Below, in pieces: positions 26,919 through 37,044 of a stretch of DNA of 64,000 bases. How positions within the stretch are numbered: the stretch's first letter is position 1; every line of letters begins with the position of its first letter. The DNA is from Clostridia bacterium. Its GTDB lineage: Bacteria; Bacillota; Clostridia; Oscillospirales; CAG-272. The stretch is taken from positions 10,391 to 74,390 of the forward strand of contig JAFVQW010000041.1 in NCBI GenBank assembly GCA_017504605.1, written 5' to 3'. A model generated the notes under the pieces. It did no database searches. It was not told the DNA's origin and worked only from the letters and a program-made list of their open reading frames with translations. The position numbers and the translations under genes are program-made.

Positions 26919-28688
26919 GTGGCTGATTTCACTCTATACAATCTTGTCAGCGGCTACGAGCGCCGCGAGAGCGGGGAGAGGGATTTCTTCGTTCGCAATA
27001 TCAGCGGCTCGGTCACGGGGGCTAAGAGGCTCTCGGGCTCGCGCCTTGAGCGCGCCTGCCTGTACCTTTCGCGCCTCGTTTCGTACACCACGGCGAGAGC
27101 CTGGGGAATGCTGCTTCTCGGCTTCGGCCTTCTTTCGGTAATTATAAACTTCGTTAAGGACTACCTTAACCTATACGACGGCGTGCCGCTCTCCTCGCTG
27201 ATTGCGGGAGCCGTTATCTCCATAATCGCCATTCCGCTTATAACGGTGGATAAGCCGATTGCCATAGCCTCTCAGGACTATATTCTGACCGACTACATCG
27301 TGCACGAGTTCTTCTGTATCAAGAGAATGCACCGAGACGGGGCACAGCGGGGAATATCTCCCGCGGTTATGCTCGTTATCGGACTTGTGCTTGCGGGGGT
27401 CGGCTACTTCCTGCCGATGCCGTATATGATTTTCGGCACGGTCGGGCTTCTTTATCTCTACCTTGCATTTACCTCGCCCGAGTTTTCCTTCCTTGCCATA
27501 TTCCTCGTTATGCCGTACCTTACGCTTTTGCCCCACCACGAGCTTATTCTCGGGGCGCTCGTTTTGGTCACCCTCTTCTCTTACGGCAGAAAGGTGCTCC
27601 TCGGTAAGCGAGTTTTCGCTCTCGAGCAGTATGATATAGTGCTTTTCCTTATGCTGATTTTCGTGCTTATCAGCGGAATATTCATCAAGGGCATTGAGTC
27701 CTTCGAGAGCTCGGTTACGATGATACTTCTCGCCATGGGCTATATCCTTGCCGGCAACCTCGTAACGAACAGACGACTCGCCGACTGCGTTATACACGCG
27801 GTTATCATCTCCTCGGTGCCGATTTCGGTTATGTCTACGGTACAGTTCGTCAGCGCCGCCGTCGCGGCGGGCGCTCTGCCCGAGGGGGTCAGCGCGACCT
27901 TCGGTAGCCCCGAGGTGCTCGCGGTTTATATGATAGTCGTCGTGGCGTTCTCGCTCTACTTTGCGATAGGTGCCGCCACCGTCGGCGGTAAAATTCTCTA
28001 TTCGCTGATTTCGCTCCTCAGCGCGGCGGCGCTATTCTCGACGCTCTGTGCCAACGCGGTGCTCGCGGCGCTCTTCGGGCTTCTCGCCCTTCTTGCCGTG
28101 CGTGCGAGGCGCGGCTCGGGAATTTTGCTCGGGCTTCTCTCGGCGCTGCCCTATGCCGTGCTGCTTCTTCCCGTGTCGCTCGCGGAGAAGATTTCACCCG
28201 CTCTTGCCGCGCTCGTCAGCCGCTGGCATATTTCGCTCAGGATGCTCGGCGATAACCTCTTCACGGGTGTCGGTATGGGTGCCGACAGCTTCCGCGAGGA
28301 ATACTTCAAGTACAGCGGTGAATACGCCGACAGCTCCTCGAGCTTCATTCTCGAGATAGGCGTCGAGGCGGGTATATTCGCGCTCGCCCTCTTCCTCGTT
28401 ATCGTTCTCGTGCGCCTCGTTCACAGAACGCGATACAGGCTTTACGTTAGAAATTCGCAGGTGCGCGACGTTGCCTACATCACCTCGTCGGCCCTCGTTG
28501 CTCTTCTCGCCTTCGGCTCCTTCAGCTACATCTGGGCCGATATGACTATGTATTACCTTTTTTGGTGCGTTTTCGGTCTCGGCAGTGCCGCGATGAGGAT
28601 TGCCAAGCGCGAGCACGACGACCGCGTCGGCTACTTTGTGGACGGCAGCAGTCTCGAGGCCTCCTCGATTGACATTACACTCAGGTAA
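26919..28688 (+). CDS. O-antigen ligase/polymerase-like polytopic membrane protein
   Basis: 589 aa with 12 or more hydrophobic segments. The late periplasmic loop plus FILEIGVEAGIFALALFL resembles Wzy_C-type proteins. GTG start with ribosome-binding site. Confidence 0.5.
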   Translation: MADFTLYNLVSGYERRESGERDFFVRNISGSVTGAKRLSGSRLERACLYLSRLVSYTTARAWGMLLLGFGLLSVIINFVKDYLNLYDGVPLSSLIAGAVISIIAIPLITVDKPIAIASQDYILTDYIVHEFFCIKRMHRDGAQRGISPAVMLVIGLVLAGVGYFLPMPYMIFGTVGLLYLYLAFTSPEFSFLAIFLVMPYLTLLPHHELILGALVLVTLFSYGRKVLLGKRVFALEQYDIVLFLMLIFVLISGIFIKGIESFESSVTMILLAMGYILAGNLVTNRRLADCVIHAVIISSVPISVMSTVQFVSAAVAAGALPEGVSATFGSPEVLAVYMIVVVAFSLYFAIGAATVGGKILYSLISLLSAAALFSTLCANAVLAALFGLLALLAVRARRGSGILLGLLSALPYAVLLLPVSLAEKISPALAALVSRWHISLRMLGDNLFTGVGMGADSFREEYFKYSGEYADSSSSFILEIGVEAGIFALALFLVIVLVRLVHRTRYRLYVRNSQVRDVAYITSSALVALLAFGSFSYIWADMTMYYLFWCVFGLGSAAMRIAKREHDDRVGYFVDGSSLEASSIDITLR

Positions 28689-28760
28689 AATTTTGTTTAC
28701 TTTTCACAAAAATCAAGCGCATTTTGTGTAAAATCTCTTGAAATAAATTTGATTTTAGTA

Positions 28761-28789
28761 TTGATTTTTGTCCTTTTATTTGATATACT
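28761..28789 (+). promoter_or_regulatory. Sigma-A-type promoter upstream of ptsH
   Basis: TTGATT, a 17-nt spacer, and an extended -10 TGaTATACT. Confidence 0.5.
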
Positions 28790-28823
28790 TTATTATACTG
28801 AATGTGCTTTAAGGAGATAATTT

Positions 28824-29090
28824 ATGATTTCTCGCAGCGTTACGATTAAGAATAGCGTGGGTCTGCATGCAAGACCGGCTACCTTTTTCGTCCAGAAGGC
28901 TAACTCGTACAAGTGCTCCATCTGGGTTGAGAAGGAGGACTGCCGCGTTAATGCAAAGAGCCTTCTCGGTGTTCTTTCGCTCGGAATTTCCAAGGGAATG
29001 ACGATTACGCTCATTGCCGACGGTAACGACGAGTCGGCTGCCGTCCTCGGCCTTGCCGAGCTTGTTGACAGCGGATTTTCCGAAAAATAA
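28824..29090 (+). CDS. ptsH: Phosphocarrier protein HPr
   Basis: 88 aa. His15 context GLHARPA and Ser46 context NAKSLLGVLSL. Confidence 0.9.
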   Translation: MISRSVTIKNSVGLHARPATFFVQKANSYKCSIWVEKEDCRVNAKSLLGVLSLGISKGMTITLIADGNDESAAVLGLAELVDSGFSEK

Positions 29091-29100
29091 TCAGAGAGGT

Positions 29101-29145
29101 AAAGGGGCGTTTGCGTTTGGCGAGCGCCCCTTTGTCCGTTTTATG
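29101..29145 (+). terminator. Terminator-like hairpin after ptsH
   Basis: aaaggggcg...cgccccttt followed by gtccgtttta. Confidence 0.55.
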
Positions 29146-29165
29146 TATTCTTTTTTGAAGGGGGT

Positions 29166-31007
29166 GTGCTTTCCGTGACGGTAATTGAGAGGCTTCGGGA
29201 TAAGGCGAATTCTCTGCCGCTTCAGCCCGGCGTTTACATTATGAAGAACGCCGAGGGCGAGGTTATATACGTCGGAAAGTCCAAAAGACTGAAAAACCGT
29301 GTCAGCAGCTATTTCACGGGCACGCACCGCCAGCTTAAGACGGCGAGAATGGTCAGCCTCGTGCGCGACTTCGACTATATCGTCTGCACGAGCGAGATTG
29401 AGGCCTTGACACTCGAAAATACCCTTATAAAAAAGCATACGCCGAAATATAACATAAGGCTTAAGGATGCGAAGTCCTACCCCTATATCAGAGTGACGGG
29501 CGGGGAATACCCCCGCCTCACCGTCACGCGCGAGAGGGGCGAGGGTGGGCGCTACTTTGGCCCGTATCAGTCTGCCGCCGCGGCGTATACCGCGCTCGAG
29601 ACTGTGCTTAAGATATTTGCGCTACCGACCTGCCGCCGCGTCTTTCCGCGCGACATCGGGCGTGAGAGGCCCTGCATCTATCGCGATATGGGCCGATGCA
29701 TAGCCCCCTGCGCGGGCTCGGTAAGCCCCGAGGAGTACCGCGCTCTCGTGCGCTCGGCCGAGGGAGTGCTCGGCGGAAATATACGCGAGACAAAGGAGCG
29801 GCTGACTGCCGAGATGCTTGAGCTCTCGGATAGGCTCGAATTTGAGCGCGCCGCCGCGGTGCGCAACAGCATAAGCGCGATAGAGCGCCTCGCCGACAAG
29901 CAGAAGGTGGTCGCGGACACGAGGGTTATGCGCGACGTTTTCGCGCTCTATACCGACGAGGTGTCGGCCGTGCTCGGCGTGCTTACCGTGCGTAGCGGTG
30001 CCCTTGTCGGCAAGGGTGAGTTCGTGCTCTCGCATAACGACCTCTCGGGCGAGGACGACGCGCTCTCGCTTATAGTCGATTACTACGACCGCGCTGGCAC
30101 ACCGCCGAGGGAGGTAATGCTCGGCTTCGAGATTTCCGAGGACAACCGAGCGCTCCTGTCCGAGTATCTTTCGGTTTTGGCAGAGCGTAAGGTAGAGGTT
30201 AAAATTCCCGAGAGGGGCGACGGACGGGCTCTGTGCGCTATGGCGCTCGAGAACGCCGCCGAGGCGGCCAGACAGACACGCCTCGAGGGTGAGAGGGATA
30301 ACAAGGGGCTCGCACGGCTCTCGGAGCTGCTCGGCCTTGCCGAAATTCCCGAAAGAATTGAGGCCTACGATATATCGAATATAGGCGACGAGAGCATCAC
30401 CGCCTCTATGGTGGTGTGCGTAAACGGAAAGCTGAAAAAGAGCGATTACCGCAGCTTCACCGTCAGGAAAAACGAGGGGCGTGACGACTACGCCTCGATG
30501 CGCGAGGCACTCTCGCGCCGCCTGTCGCATATAGGCGACGGCACGCTCTCGCTCGGAGAGCGACCCGACCTCATTCTCCTTGACGGCGGTGAGGGTCACG
30601 TCAGTGCCGTGCTCCCTATTCTTCGTGAAATGGAGCTTGATATACCCGTGTTCGGTATGGTCAAGGACGATTATCATAAGACACGCGCCATCACCGACGG
30701 CAAAACCGAGATTTCGATTGCACGCGAGATGGGGGCATACACATTTGTTTACAATTTGCAGGAGGAGGCGCACCGCTTCGCCTACAAGAACACCTCGGGC
30801 GCGAAGCGCCGCACGCTGACGCACTCCTCGCTTGAAAAAATAAAGGGGGTAGGCCCGAGCCGTGCGCGGATTTTGCTTCGCACATTGACCCTTGATAAAA
30901 TCAAGAGGGCGAGCCCCGACGAGCTCGCGGCGATAGACGGCATATCGGCCTCCGTCGCGGCGGCGGTATACGAATATTTCCAAGGTGAGAGGAAAGAGAA
31001 AAAATGA
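29166..31007 (+). CDS. uvrC: Excinuclease ABC subunit C
   Basis: GIY-YIG N-terminus (PGVYIMKNAEGEVIYVGKSKRLKNRVSSYF), a UVR domain, and an RNase H-like region plus a C-terminal HhH. Confidence 0.9.
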   Translation: MLSVTVIERLRDKANSLPLQPGVYIMKNAEGEVIYVGKSKRLKNRVSSYFTGTHRQLKTARMVSLVRDFDYIVCTSEIEALTLENTLIKKHTPKYNIRLKDAKSYPYIRVTGGEYPRLTVTRERGEGGRYFGPYQSAAAAYTALETVLKIFALPTCRRVFPRDIGRERPCIYRDMGRCIAPCAGSVSPEEYRALVRSAEGVLGGNIRETKERLTAEMLELSDRLEFERAAAVRNSISAIERLADKQKVVADTRVMRDVFALYTDEVSAVLGVLTVRSGALVGKGEFVLSHNDLSGEDDALSLIVDYYDRAGTPPREVMLGFEISEDNRALLSEYLSVLAERKVEVKIPERGDGRALCAMALENAAEAARQTRLEGERDNKGLARLSELLGLAEIPERIEAYDISNIGDESITASMVVCVNGKLKKSDYRSFTVRKNEGRDDYASMREALSRRLSHIGDGTLSLGERPDLILLDGGEGHVSAVLPILREMELDIPVFGMVKDDYHKTRAITDGKTEISIAREMGAYTFVYNLQEEAHRFAYKNTSGAKRRTLTHSSLEKIKGVGPSRARILLRTLTLDKIKRASPDELAAIDGISASVAAAVYEYFQGERKEKK

Positions 31008-31576
31008 GAATTATTACGGGAAGTGCAAAGGGAAAGAGACTTATTACCCTTGAGGGTGAGGCGACGAGGCCTACCTCGGAGAGAATAAAGGAAGCGATGT
31101 TTTCCTCGATACAGTTCGATATTGAAAACCGCCGCGTGCTCGACCTTTTCGCGGGCTCGGGTCAGCTCGGCCTTGAGGCGCTCTCGCGCGGAGCCGAGAG
31201 CGTTACCTTCGTCGACGCCGAGCGCGAGGCTATGGAGACGGTCAAGAAAAACGCGCGCACGACGGGCTTCTTCGAGCGCTGCCGCTACGCCGTCAGCGAC
31301 TGGCGTAACTATATAAGAAAGGCGGCGGGGCGCGACGTGTACGACCTCGTTTTCGTTGACCCGCCCTATGCTATGGAGTGCTGCCTCGATGCGGCCGAGC
31401 GCCTTGCCCGCTCGGGTATAATTATTCCCGGGGCTATTCTCGTTTTTGAGAGCGGCACCGAGGAAATAACCCCCGAGGCTCTCGAGGCACTCGGATACGA
31501 GAGCATAAAATCAACTCACTACGGCAAGAAGACCTTTGTTAATATAGCGATTTTCCGCGGGGGAAGTGACAGGTGA
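31004..31576 (+). CDS. rsmD: 16S rRNA (guanine966-N2)-methyltransferase
   Basis: LDLFAGSGQLGLEALSRGA SAM motif and the DPPY motif (FVDPPYA). Confidence 0.85.
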   Translation: MRIITGSAKGKRLITLEGEATRPTSERIKEAMFSSIQFDIENRRVLDLFAGSGQLGLEALSRGAESVTFVDAEREAMETVKKNARTTGFFERCRYAVSDWRNYIRKAAGRDVYDLVFVDPPYAMECCLDAAERLARSGIIIPGAILVFESGTEEITPEALEALGYESIKSTHYGKKTFVNIAIFRGGSDR

Positions 31577-32043
31577 GCGTTATAATGCCGGGCAGCTACG
31601 ACCCCGTTACCCTCGGCCACCTCGATATGATACGGCGGGTGGCGGAGCGCGGCGACGAGGTTTATGCCGTAATATTCACAAATCCGAATAAGGAATACAC
31701 CTTTTCGCTCGAGGACAGGGTGCGTATGCTTCTTATCGCCACCGAGGATATACCTAACGTCACCGTCAGCTATTCGCTCGGGCGAGTGGTGGATTATATG
31801 CGCGAGCACGACATCTCGCGTATAGTCAAGGGCTATCGCGACGAGAGCGATTTACCCTGGGAGAGAGAGCAGGCAGAGTATAACCTGAAGCACGGGGGCT
31901 ACGAGACCGAGCTCATCGCGGCGAACGAGGAGTATAGGAGCATCAGCTCAACCGCCGCGAGAGAGGCTATTCGCCGCGGCGCCGACCTCACGCAAATTCT
32001 GCCGCGCGGAGTGATAGAATATATCGCGGCGATGTCGGAATAG
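31573..32043 (+). CDS. coaD: Phosphopantetheine adenylyltransferase
   Basis: PGSYDPVTLGHLDMI nucleotidyltransferase motif. About 156 aa, with conserved rsmD-coaD synteny. Confidence 0.9.
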   Translation: MSVIMPGSYDPVTLGHLDMIRRVAERGDEVYAVIFTNPNKEYTFSLEDRVRMLLIATEDIPNVTVSYSLGRVVDYMREHDISRIVKGYRDESDLPWEREQAEYNLKHGGYETELIAANEEYRSISSTAAREAIRRGADLTQILPRGVIEYIAAMSE

Positions 32044-32062
32044 GCTTTTTTGCCGCGGAATA

Positions 32063-32091
32063 TTGACAATTATATAGTTTTAGTTTATAAT
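32063..32091 (+). promoter_or_regulatory. Consensus sigma-A promoter of pheST
   Basis: Perfect TTGACA (32063-68), exactly 17 nt, then perfect TATAAT (32086-91). The ATG lies about 45 nt downstream. Confidence 0.7.
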
Positions 32092-32135
32092 TAAATGTTG
32101 TAATTAAGGTTAACCTAAGCCAAAGGAGCGTAAAA

Positions 32136-33158
32136 ATGAAAGACAGAATAGAGCAGCTGAGGAGCGATTTTGAAGCCGCGCTCGGCTCTGCTACCGATGC
32201 CTCGGAGCTCGAGGCGCTGAGAATTGCCTATCTCGGTAAGCGCGGACATATTGCCGCTCTTATGCAGGGGCTTCGCGAGGTTGAGGATAAGAAGACTGCG
32301 GGTCAGCTTATCAACTCTCTCAAGACCGAGGTCGAGGATAGGATTAAGAATGCCGACGAGGCGCTTCGCCGTGCCGCCGTTGACAGAGAAATCAGAGAGG
32401 CTAAGAAGTATAACCCCACTCTCGCCTTCCCGCGTGAGATGGGCTCCTATCACCCCATAACCCTCGCCACCCGCGAGGTTGAGGAAATATTCCGCACTAT
32501 GGGCTTTACTATCGAGAATTACGCCGAAATCGTAGACGACTACGAGTGCTTTGAGGCGCTTAATATACCGAAGCATCACCCTGCAAGAGATATGCAGGAC
32601 ACCTACTATCTTGAGAACGGTCAGCTTCTTAAGACCCATACCTCGGCGGCACAGAACGCGATTATGAAGAAATACGGCGCGCCCCTGCGTGCGATTTTCC
32701 CCGGCCGCTGCTTCAGAAATGAGTCTACCGATGCCTGCCATGAGAACACCTTCTTCCAGATGGAGGGTATGATGATAGACGAGGACATCTCTATCTCGAA
32801 CCTCATCTACTTTATGAAGACGATGCTCTCCGAGGTGTTCAAGAGAGACGTTAAGGTAAGGCTTCGTCCCGGCTTCTTCCCCTTCGTCGAGCCCGGCTTC
32901 GAGCTTGACATCAACTGTGCGATTTGCGGCGGCGAGGGCTGTCCGTCCTGTAAGAACTCGGGCTGGCTCGAGCTCTGCCCCTGCGGAATGATACACCCGA
33001 ACGTGCTTGAGGCGGGCGGCATCGATACCGAGAGGTACACCGGCTTTGCCTTCGGCCTCGGTCTTACCCGTCTTGCTATGATGAAGTACGGCGTAAAGGA
33101 CATCAGAGATTTTAACAGCGGCAGCCTTAAGGCTCTCTCGCAGTTTAAGTCGAGATAA
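32136..33158 (+). CDS. pheS: Phenylalanine--tRNA ligase alpha subunit
   Basis: Class II aaRS motifs FPGRCFRNE and GFAFGLGLTRLAM. Confidence 0.95.
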   Translation: MKDRIEQLRSDFEAALGSATDASELEALRIAYLGKRGHIAALMQGLREVEDKKTAGQLINSLKTEVEDRIKNADEALRRAAVDREIREAKKYNPTLAFPREMGSYHPITLATREVEEIFRTMGFTIENYAEIVDDYECFEALNIPKHHPARDMQDTYYLENGQLLKTHTSAAQNAIMKKYGAPLRAIFPGRCFRNESTDACHENTFFQMEGMMIDEDISISNLIYFMKTMLSEVFKRDVKVRLRPGFFPFVEPGFELDINCAICGGEGCPSCKNSGWLELCPCGMIHPNVLEAGGIDTERYTGFAFGLGLTRLAMMKYGVKDIRDFNSGSLKALSQFKSR

Positions 33159-33171
33159 GGGGGGAGAAAAA

Positions 33172-35541
33172 ATGCTTTTATCAATGAACTGGATAGGCGA
33201 TTTCGTTGACCTCTCGGGTCTTGACAAGCGCTCGCTTATTCACAATTTCACACTCTCGACCGCAGAGGTTGAGGATATAATAGTAAAGGGTGAGGATACC
33301 TACGGCGTTATCGTCGCGCGTATTCTCTCGGTGGAGAACCACCCCACCTCGAAGAAGCTTCATCTTCTTAAGGTTGACACGGGCAGCGGTGTCGTTGACA
33401 TCGTCTGCGGCGCGCCTAACGTAAGAGAGGGAATGAGGGTTGCTCTCGCGACCGACGGCGGTGCCGTTCAGGGCCATAAGATTGCACCCGCTACGATTGC
33501 GGGCTTCACCTCGTACGGTATGTGCTGCTCCGAGGCCGAGCTCGGCATCAGCGACGACAACTCGGGCATTTGGGAGATTACCGACGATATTCCGCTCGGC
33601 ACCGATATTAAGAGCGTGTACGACGTCGACGATATTATCTTCGAGGTTGATAACAAGTCGCTCACCAACCGCCCCGACCTTTGGAGCCACTACGGAATTG
33701 CGCGTGAGTTCGCGACCATAACGGGCAGAGCGCTCACCGCGCCCGCTCTCGTGTCGCTCTCAGATTTCGACACGCTCCCGCCCGTAGAGATTGACGTTCG
33801 CGCTACCGACCTTACGAGAAGATACAGCGCTATCAAGGTTGAGAATATCACCAGAAGAGTATCTCCCGTAAATATGCGCATCCGCCTCTATTACTGCGGC
33901 TCGCGTGCTATCAACTTCCTTGCCGACCTCACCAACTACGTGATGATGGAGCTCGGTCAGCCGATGCACGCCTTCGACAACCGCCGTGTTGACAAAATCG
34001 AGGTTCAGACCTTCCCCCGGGGGCTTAAGTTCGTTACCCTCGACGGCATCGAGCGCAATATCGACGACAGAATGCTTATGATTACCTCGGGCGACGAGCC
34101 CGTGGCTATTGCCGGCGTTATGGGCGGCGACGCCTCGAAGATTGAGGACGATACGACCTCTCTTCTTCTTGAGTCGGCGACCTTCGACGGTGTTTCGGTG
34201 CGTAAAACCACGACACGCCTCGGCCTTCGCACCGATGCATCTATGAGATACGAGAAGATGCTCGACCCCGAGCTCTGCTCGCTCGCTACCGCGAGACTTC
34301 TCTCGCTTCTTTTCGAGTGCGACGGCGGTGCGCGCGTGATTTCGAGCTTCACCGATGCTTACGTAAACCGCTATCCCACCATTACTCTTAACTTTGACAA
34401 GAGATACGTTGACAGATACACGGGAATTGATATTTCCTCCGACACTATCGTAACCACCCTTACCGCACTCGGCTTCGGCGTTGTGCGCTCGGGCGACGAC
34501 TTCTCGGTTACCGTGCCCTCCTGGCGCGCGACCAAGGACGTCACAATCAAGGCCGATATTATCGAGGAGATTACGAGAATTTACGGCTACGACAACTTCG
34601 AGATTTTCACCTCCGAGAGCGCGCTTCTGCCCGTTCGCGAGGAGACCGAGAAGACGGTAGAGGACAGAATTAAGGATATTCTCGTTGCCTCCTACCGTAT
34701 GCACGAGGTTCATTCCTACATCTGGACCGACGAGGCTAAGTGCCGCGAGCTCGGTATCGAGACCGCGGGCGGTATGAGAATTATCAATGCACAGACCCCC
34801 GACCACCAGTATATCAGACGGACTATGATACCCACCCTTCTCTCGGTCGTTAAGGAGAACAGGGGCTATGCCGACACCTTCGGCATCTTCGAGATAGGTC
34901 ATATCGTTGACGGCGTTTTAGAGAACGGCTACTGCAACGAGAAGAAGAAGCTCGGCGCGGTCATATTCTCCCGTACCGAGAGCGAGGAGAGCGTATTCCT
35001 CCGCGCACGCGATGCGGCGCTTGAGATTTGCCGCGACATTCTTCATAAGAGCCCCGAGTTCGTCTCGGCCTCAGAGCCCTACTCCTTTATGCACCCGAAG
35101 AACAGCTTTGATATTACCGTTGACGGCGTAAAGGTCGGATATCTCTCGGTGCCCCACCCGACGGTGAACAAGAATATAGACAAGAAGTGCGCGGTTGCCT
35201 TCGTGGAGCTCTTTATCGAGAGCCTCGCGGCCACTCCCGCGGCGGATATTAAATACTCCGAGCCCTCGCGCTTCCCCGCGATAGACATCGACCTTACCTT
35301 TACCGCCGACATCGGCGCGGTGTCCTTCACGGCTCTTCGCACGGCGGCACTCGGCGCATCGGCACTGCTTAACGACTGCTCGGTTCGCGACATCTACACG
35401 GGCGAGGACGGCACCGCCGCCCTGACCCTCCGCTTCTCCTTCCTCTCTAAGGAGAGAACATTGACGAAGCAGGAGCTCCAGCCCGCTACCGATGCCGTGG
35501 CGGAGGCACTCGCAAATCTCGGACTTACGCTTAAGGTATAA
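33172..35541 (+). CDS. pheT: Phenylalanine--tRNA ligase beta subunit
   Basis: 789 aa. N-terminal tRNA-binding OB domain, B3/4 and B5 domains, and a C-terminal FDX-ACB domain. Follows pheS. Confidence 0.95.
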   Translation: MLLSMNWIGDFVDLSGLDKRSLIHNFTLSTAEVEDIIVKGEDTYGVIVARILSVENHPTSKKLHLLKVDTGSGVVDIVCGAPNVREGMRVALATDGGAVQGHKIAPATIAGFTSYGMCCSEAELGISDDNSGIWEITDDIPLGTDIKSVYDVDDIIFEVDNKSLTNRPDLWSHYGIAREFATITGRALTAPALVSLSDFDTLPPVEIDVRATDLTRRYSAIKVENITRRVSPVNMRIRLYYCGSRAINFLADLTNYVMMELGQPMHAFDNRRVDKIEVQTFPRGLKFVTLDGIERNIDDRMLMITSGDEPVAIAGVMGGDASKIEDDTTSLLLESATFDGVSVRKTTTRLGLRTDASMRYEKMLDPELCSLATARLLSLLFECDGGARVISSFTDAYVNRYPTITLNFDKRYVDRYTGIDISSDTIVTTLTALGFGVVRSGDDFSVTVPSWRATKDVTIKADIIEEITRIYGYDNFEIFTSESALLPVREETEKTVEDRIKDILVASYRMHEVHSYIWTDEAKCRELGIETAGGMRIINAQTPDHQYIRRTMIPTLLSVVKENRGYADTFGIFEIGHIVDGVLENGYCNEKKKLGAVIFSRTESEESVFLRARDAALEICRDILHKSPEFVSASEPYSFMHPKNSFDITVDGVKVGYLSVPHPTVNKNIDKKCAVAFVELFIESLAATPAADIKYSEPSRFPAIDIDLTFTADIGAVSFTALRTAALGASALLNDCSVRDIYTGEDGTAALTLRFSFLSKERTLTKQELQPATDAVAEALANLGLTLKV

Positions 35542-35547
35542 GCCTTA

Positions 35548-35573
35548 GGGCACGGCGCTTCTGCGCCGTGCCC
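35548..35573 (+). terminator. Terminator hairpin after pheT
   Basis: gggcacggcgc-ttct-gcgccgtgccc, an 11-bp GC stem. The T-tract is weak. Confidence 0.6.
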
Positions 35574-35592
35574 GTTGAATTTTATGCATAGA

Positions 35593-35737
35593 GTGCATAT
35601 TTATTCGCATAAGAGGGGCAAATTTCTTTGCAAAATAAACAATATGCGTTATTTATGCGTGAATAGTTTGGCTAAAACGCCGAAAAATGAAAAAAGTTGC
35701 AAAAACTATTGAATATTTATTCGGAAAGTGCTAAAAT
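35593..35737 (+). promoter_or_regulatory. arg operon control region: ARG-box-like operators and promoter
   Basis: TGCATATTTATTCG (35594-) and TGAATATTTATTCG (35710-23) resemble the ARG box TGAATwwwwATTCA. The second overlaps the -35 TTGAAT (35709-14). A 17-nt spacer precedes an extended -10 TGcTAAAAT (35729-37). Confidence 0.5.
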
Positions 35738-35777
35738 ATCTGCGTGAAAACAATTCAACCTTTGGAGGACAAGAAAA

Positions 35778-37010
35778 ATGGATAAAGCTAAGATTAAAAA
35801 AGTAGTGCTCGCGTATTCGGGCGGCCTTGACACCTCGATTATCATTCCGTGGCTCAAGGAGAATTACAACAACTGCGAGGTTATCGCGGTATCGGGTAAC
35901 GTCGGACAGGCCGACGAGCTCGAGGGACTTGAGGAGAAGGCTATTAAGACCGGTGCCTCGAAGCTCTATATTGAGGACCTCACCGAGGAGTTCGTTAACG
36001 ACTACATAATCCCCACCGTTAAGGCGGGAGCTCTTTACGAGGAGTATATGCTCGGCACCTCCTTCGCACGTCCTGTTATCGCGAAGAGAATAGTCGAGAT
36101 TGCTAAGGCCGAGGGTGCCGATGCAATCTGCCACGGCTGTACGGGTAAGGGCAACGACCAGGTGCGCTTCGAGCTCACCATTAAGGCCTTCGCTCCCGAT
36201 ATGCCCATTATCGCTCCCTGGCGTGAGTGGGACATCAAGTCGCGTGAGGAGGAGATTGAGTACGCCGAGGCGCACGACATTCCCCTTAAGATAAACCGCG
36301 AGACCAACTACTCGAAGGACAAGAACCTCTGGCACCTCTCTCACGAGGGTATGGACCTTGAGGACGCTTGGAACGAGCCGCTTTACAACAAGCCCGGCTT
36401 CCTCGAGATGGGCGTGTCGCCCGAGATGGCACCCGACACCCCCACCTATATCACTCTTGATTTTGAAAAGGGCGCTCCCGTGGCTCTTAACGGCGAGAAG
36501 ATGAGTGCAAAGGATATTATCCTCGCGCTTAACAAGCTCGGCGGAGAAAACGGCATCGGACTTCTTGACATAGTCGAGAACCGCCTCGTCGGTATGAAGT
36601 GCCGCGGCGTATACGAGACCCCCGGCGGAGCAATTCTCTACTTCGCGCACAATTACCTTGAGACCCTCACCCTTGATAAGATGACCGCTCATAAGAAGAG
36701 CGAGCTCGCTATCACCTTCGCGGACCTCGTTTACAACGGTCAGTGGTTCACTCCTCTTCGCGAGGCGCTCTCGGCCTTCGTTGACAAGACGCAGGAGCAC
36801 GTAAGCGGTACGGTAAGGCTTAAGCTCTACAAGGGCAACATCATCAAGGCGGGCGTAAAGAGCGATTGGGCTCTCTACTCCGAGGAGCTCGCTACCTTCG
36901 GCGAGGACAACGTATATAACCAGGCGGACAGCGCGGGCTTCATCAACCTCTTCGGCCTTCCGATTAAGGTTCAGGCGCAGGTAAACGCGAAGAACGCCGA
37001 CAAAAAATAA
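35778..37010 (+). CDS. argG: Argininosuccinate synthase
   Basis: [12 protein letters not shown]-binding signature; 410 aa. Confidence 0.95.
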   Translation: MDKAKIKKVVLAYSGGLDTSIIIPWLKENYNNCEVIAVSGNVGQADELEGLEEKAIKTGASKLYIEDLTEEFVNDYIIPTVKAGALYEEYMLGTSFARPVIAKRIVEIAKAEGADAICHGCTGKGNDQVRFELTIKAFAPDMPIIAPWREWDIKSREEEIEYAEAHDIPLKINRETNYSKDKNLWHLSHEGMDLEDAWNEPLYNKPGFLEMGVSPEMAPDTPTYITLDFEKGAPVALNGEKMSAKDIILALNKLGGENGIGLLDIVENRLVGMKCRGVYETPGGAILYFAHNYLETLTLDKMTAHKKSELAITFADLVYNGQWFTPLREALSAFVDKTQEHVSGTVRLKLYKGNIIKAGVKSDWALYSEELATFGEDNVYNQADSAGFINLFGLPIKVQAQVNAKNADKK

Positions 37011-37044
37011 TTTTCACCCGAGCACCTCGGGAAAAGGATAAAAT

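Noticed and set aside
32044-32135. T-box leader upstream of pheS
   Set aside because: Only 92 nt are available, and they are occupied by a consensus promoter and the ribosome-binding site.
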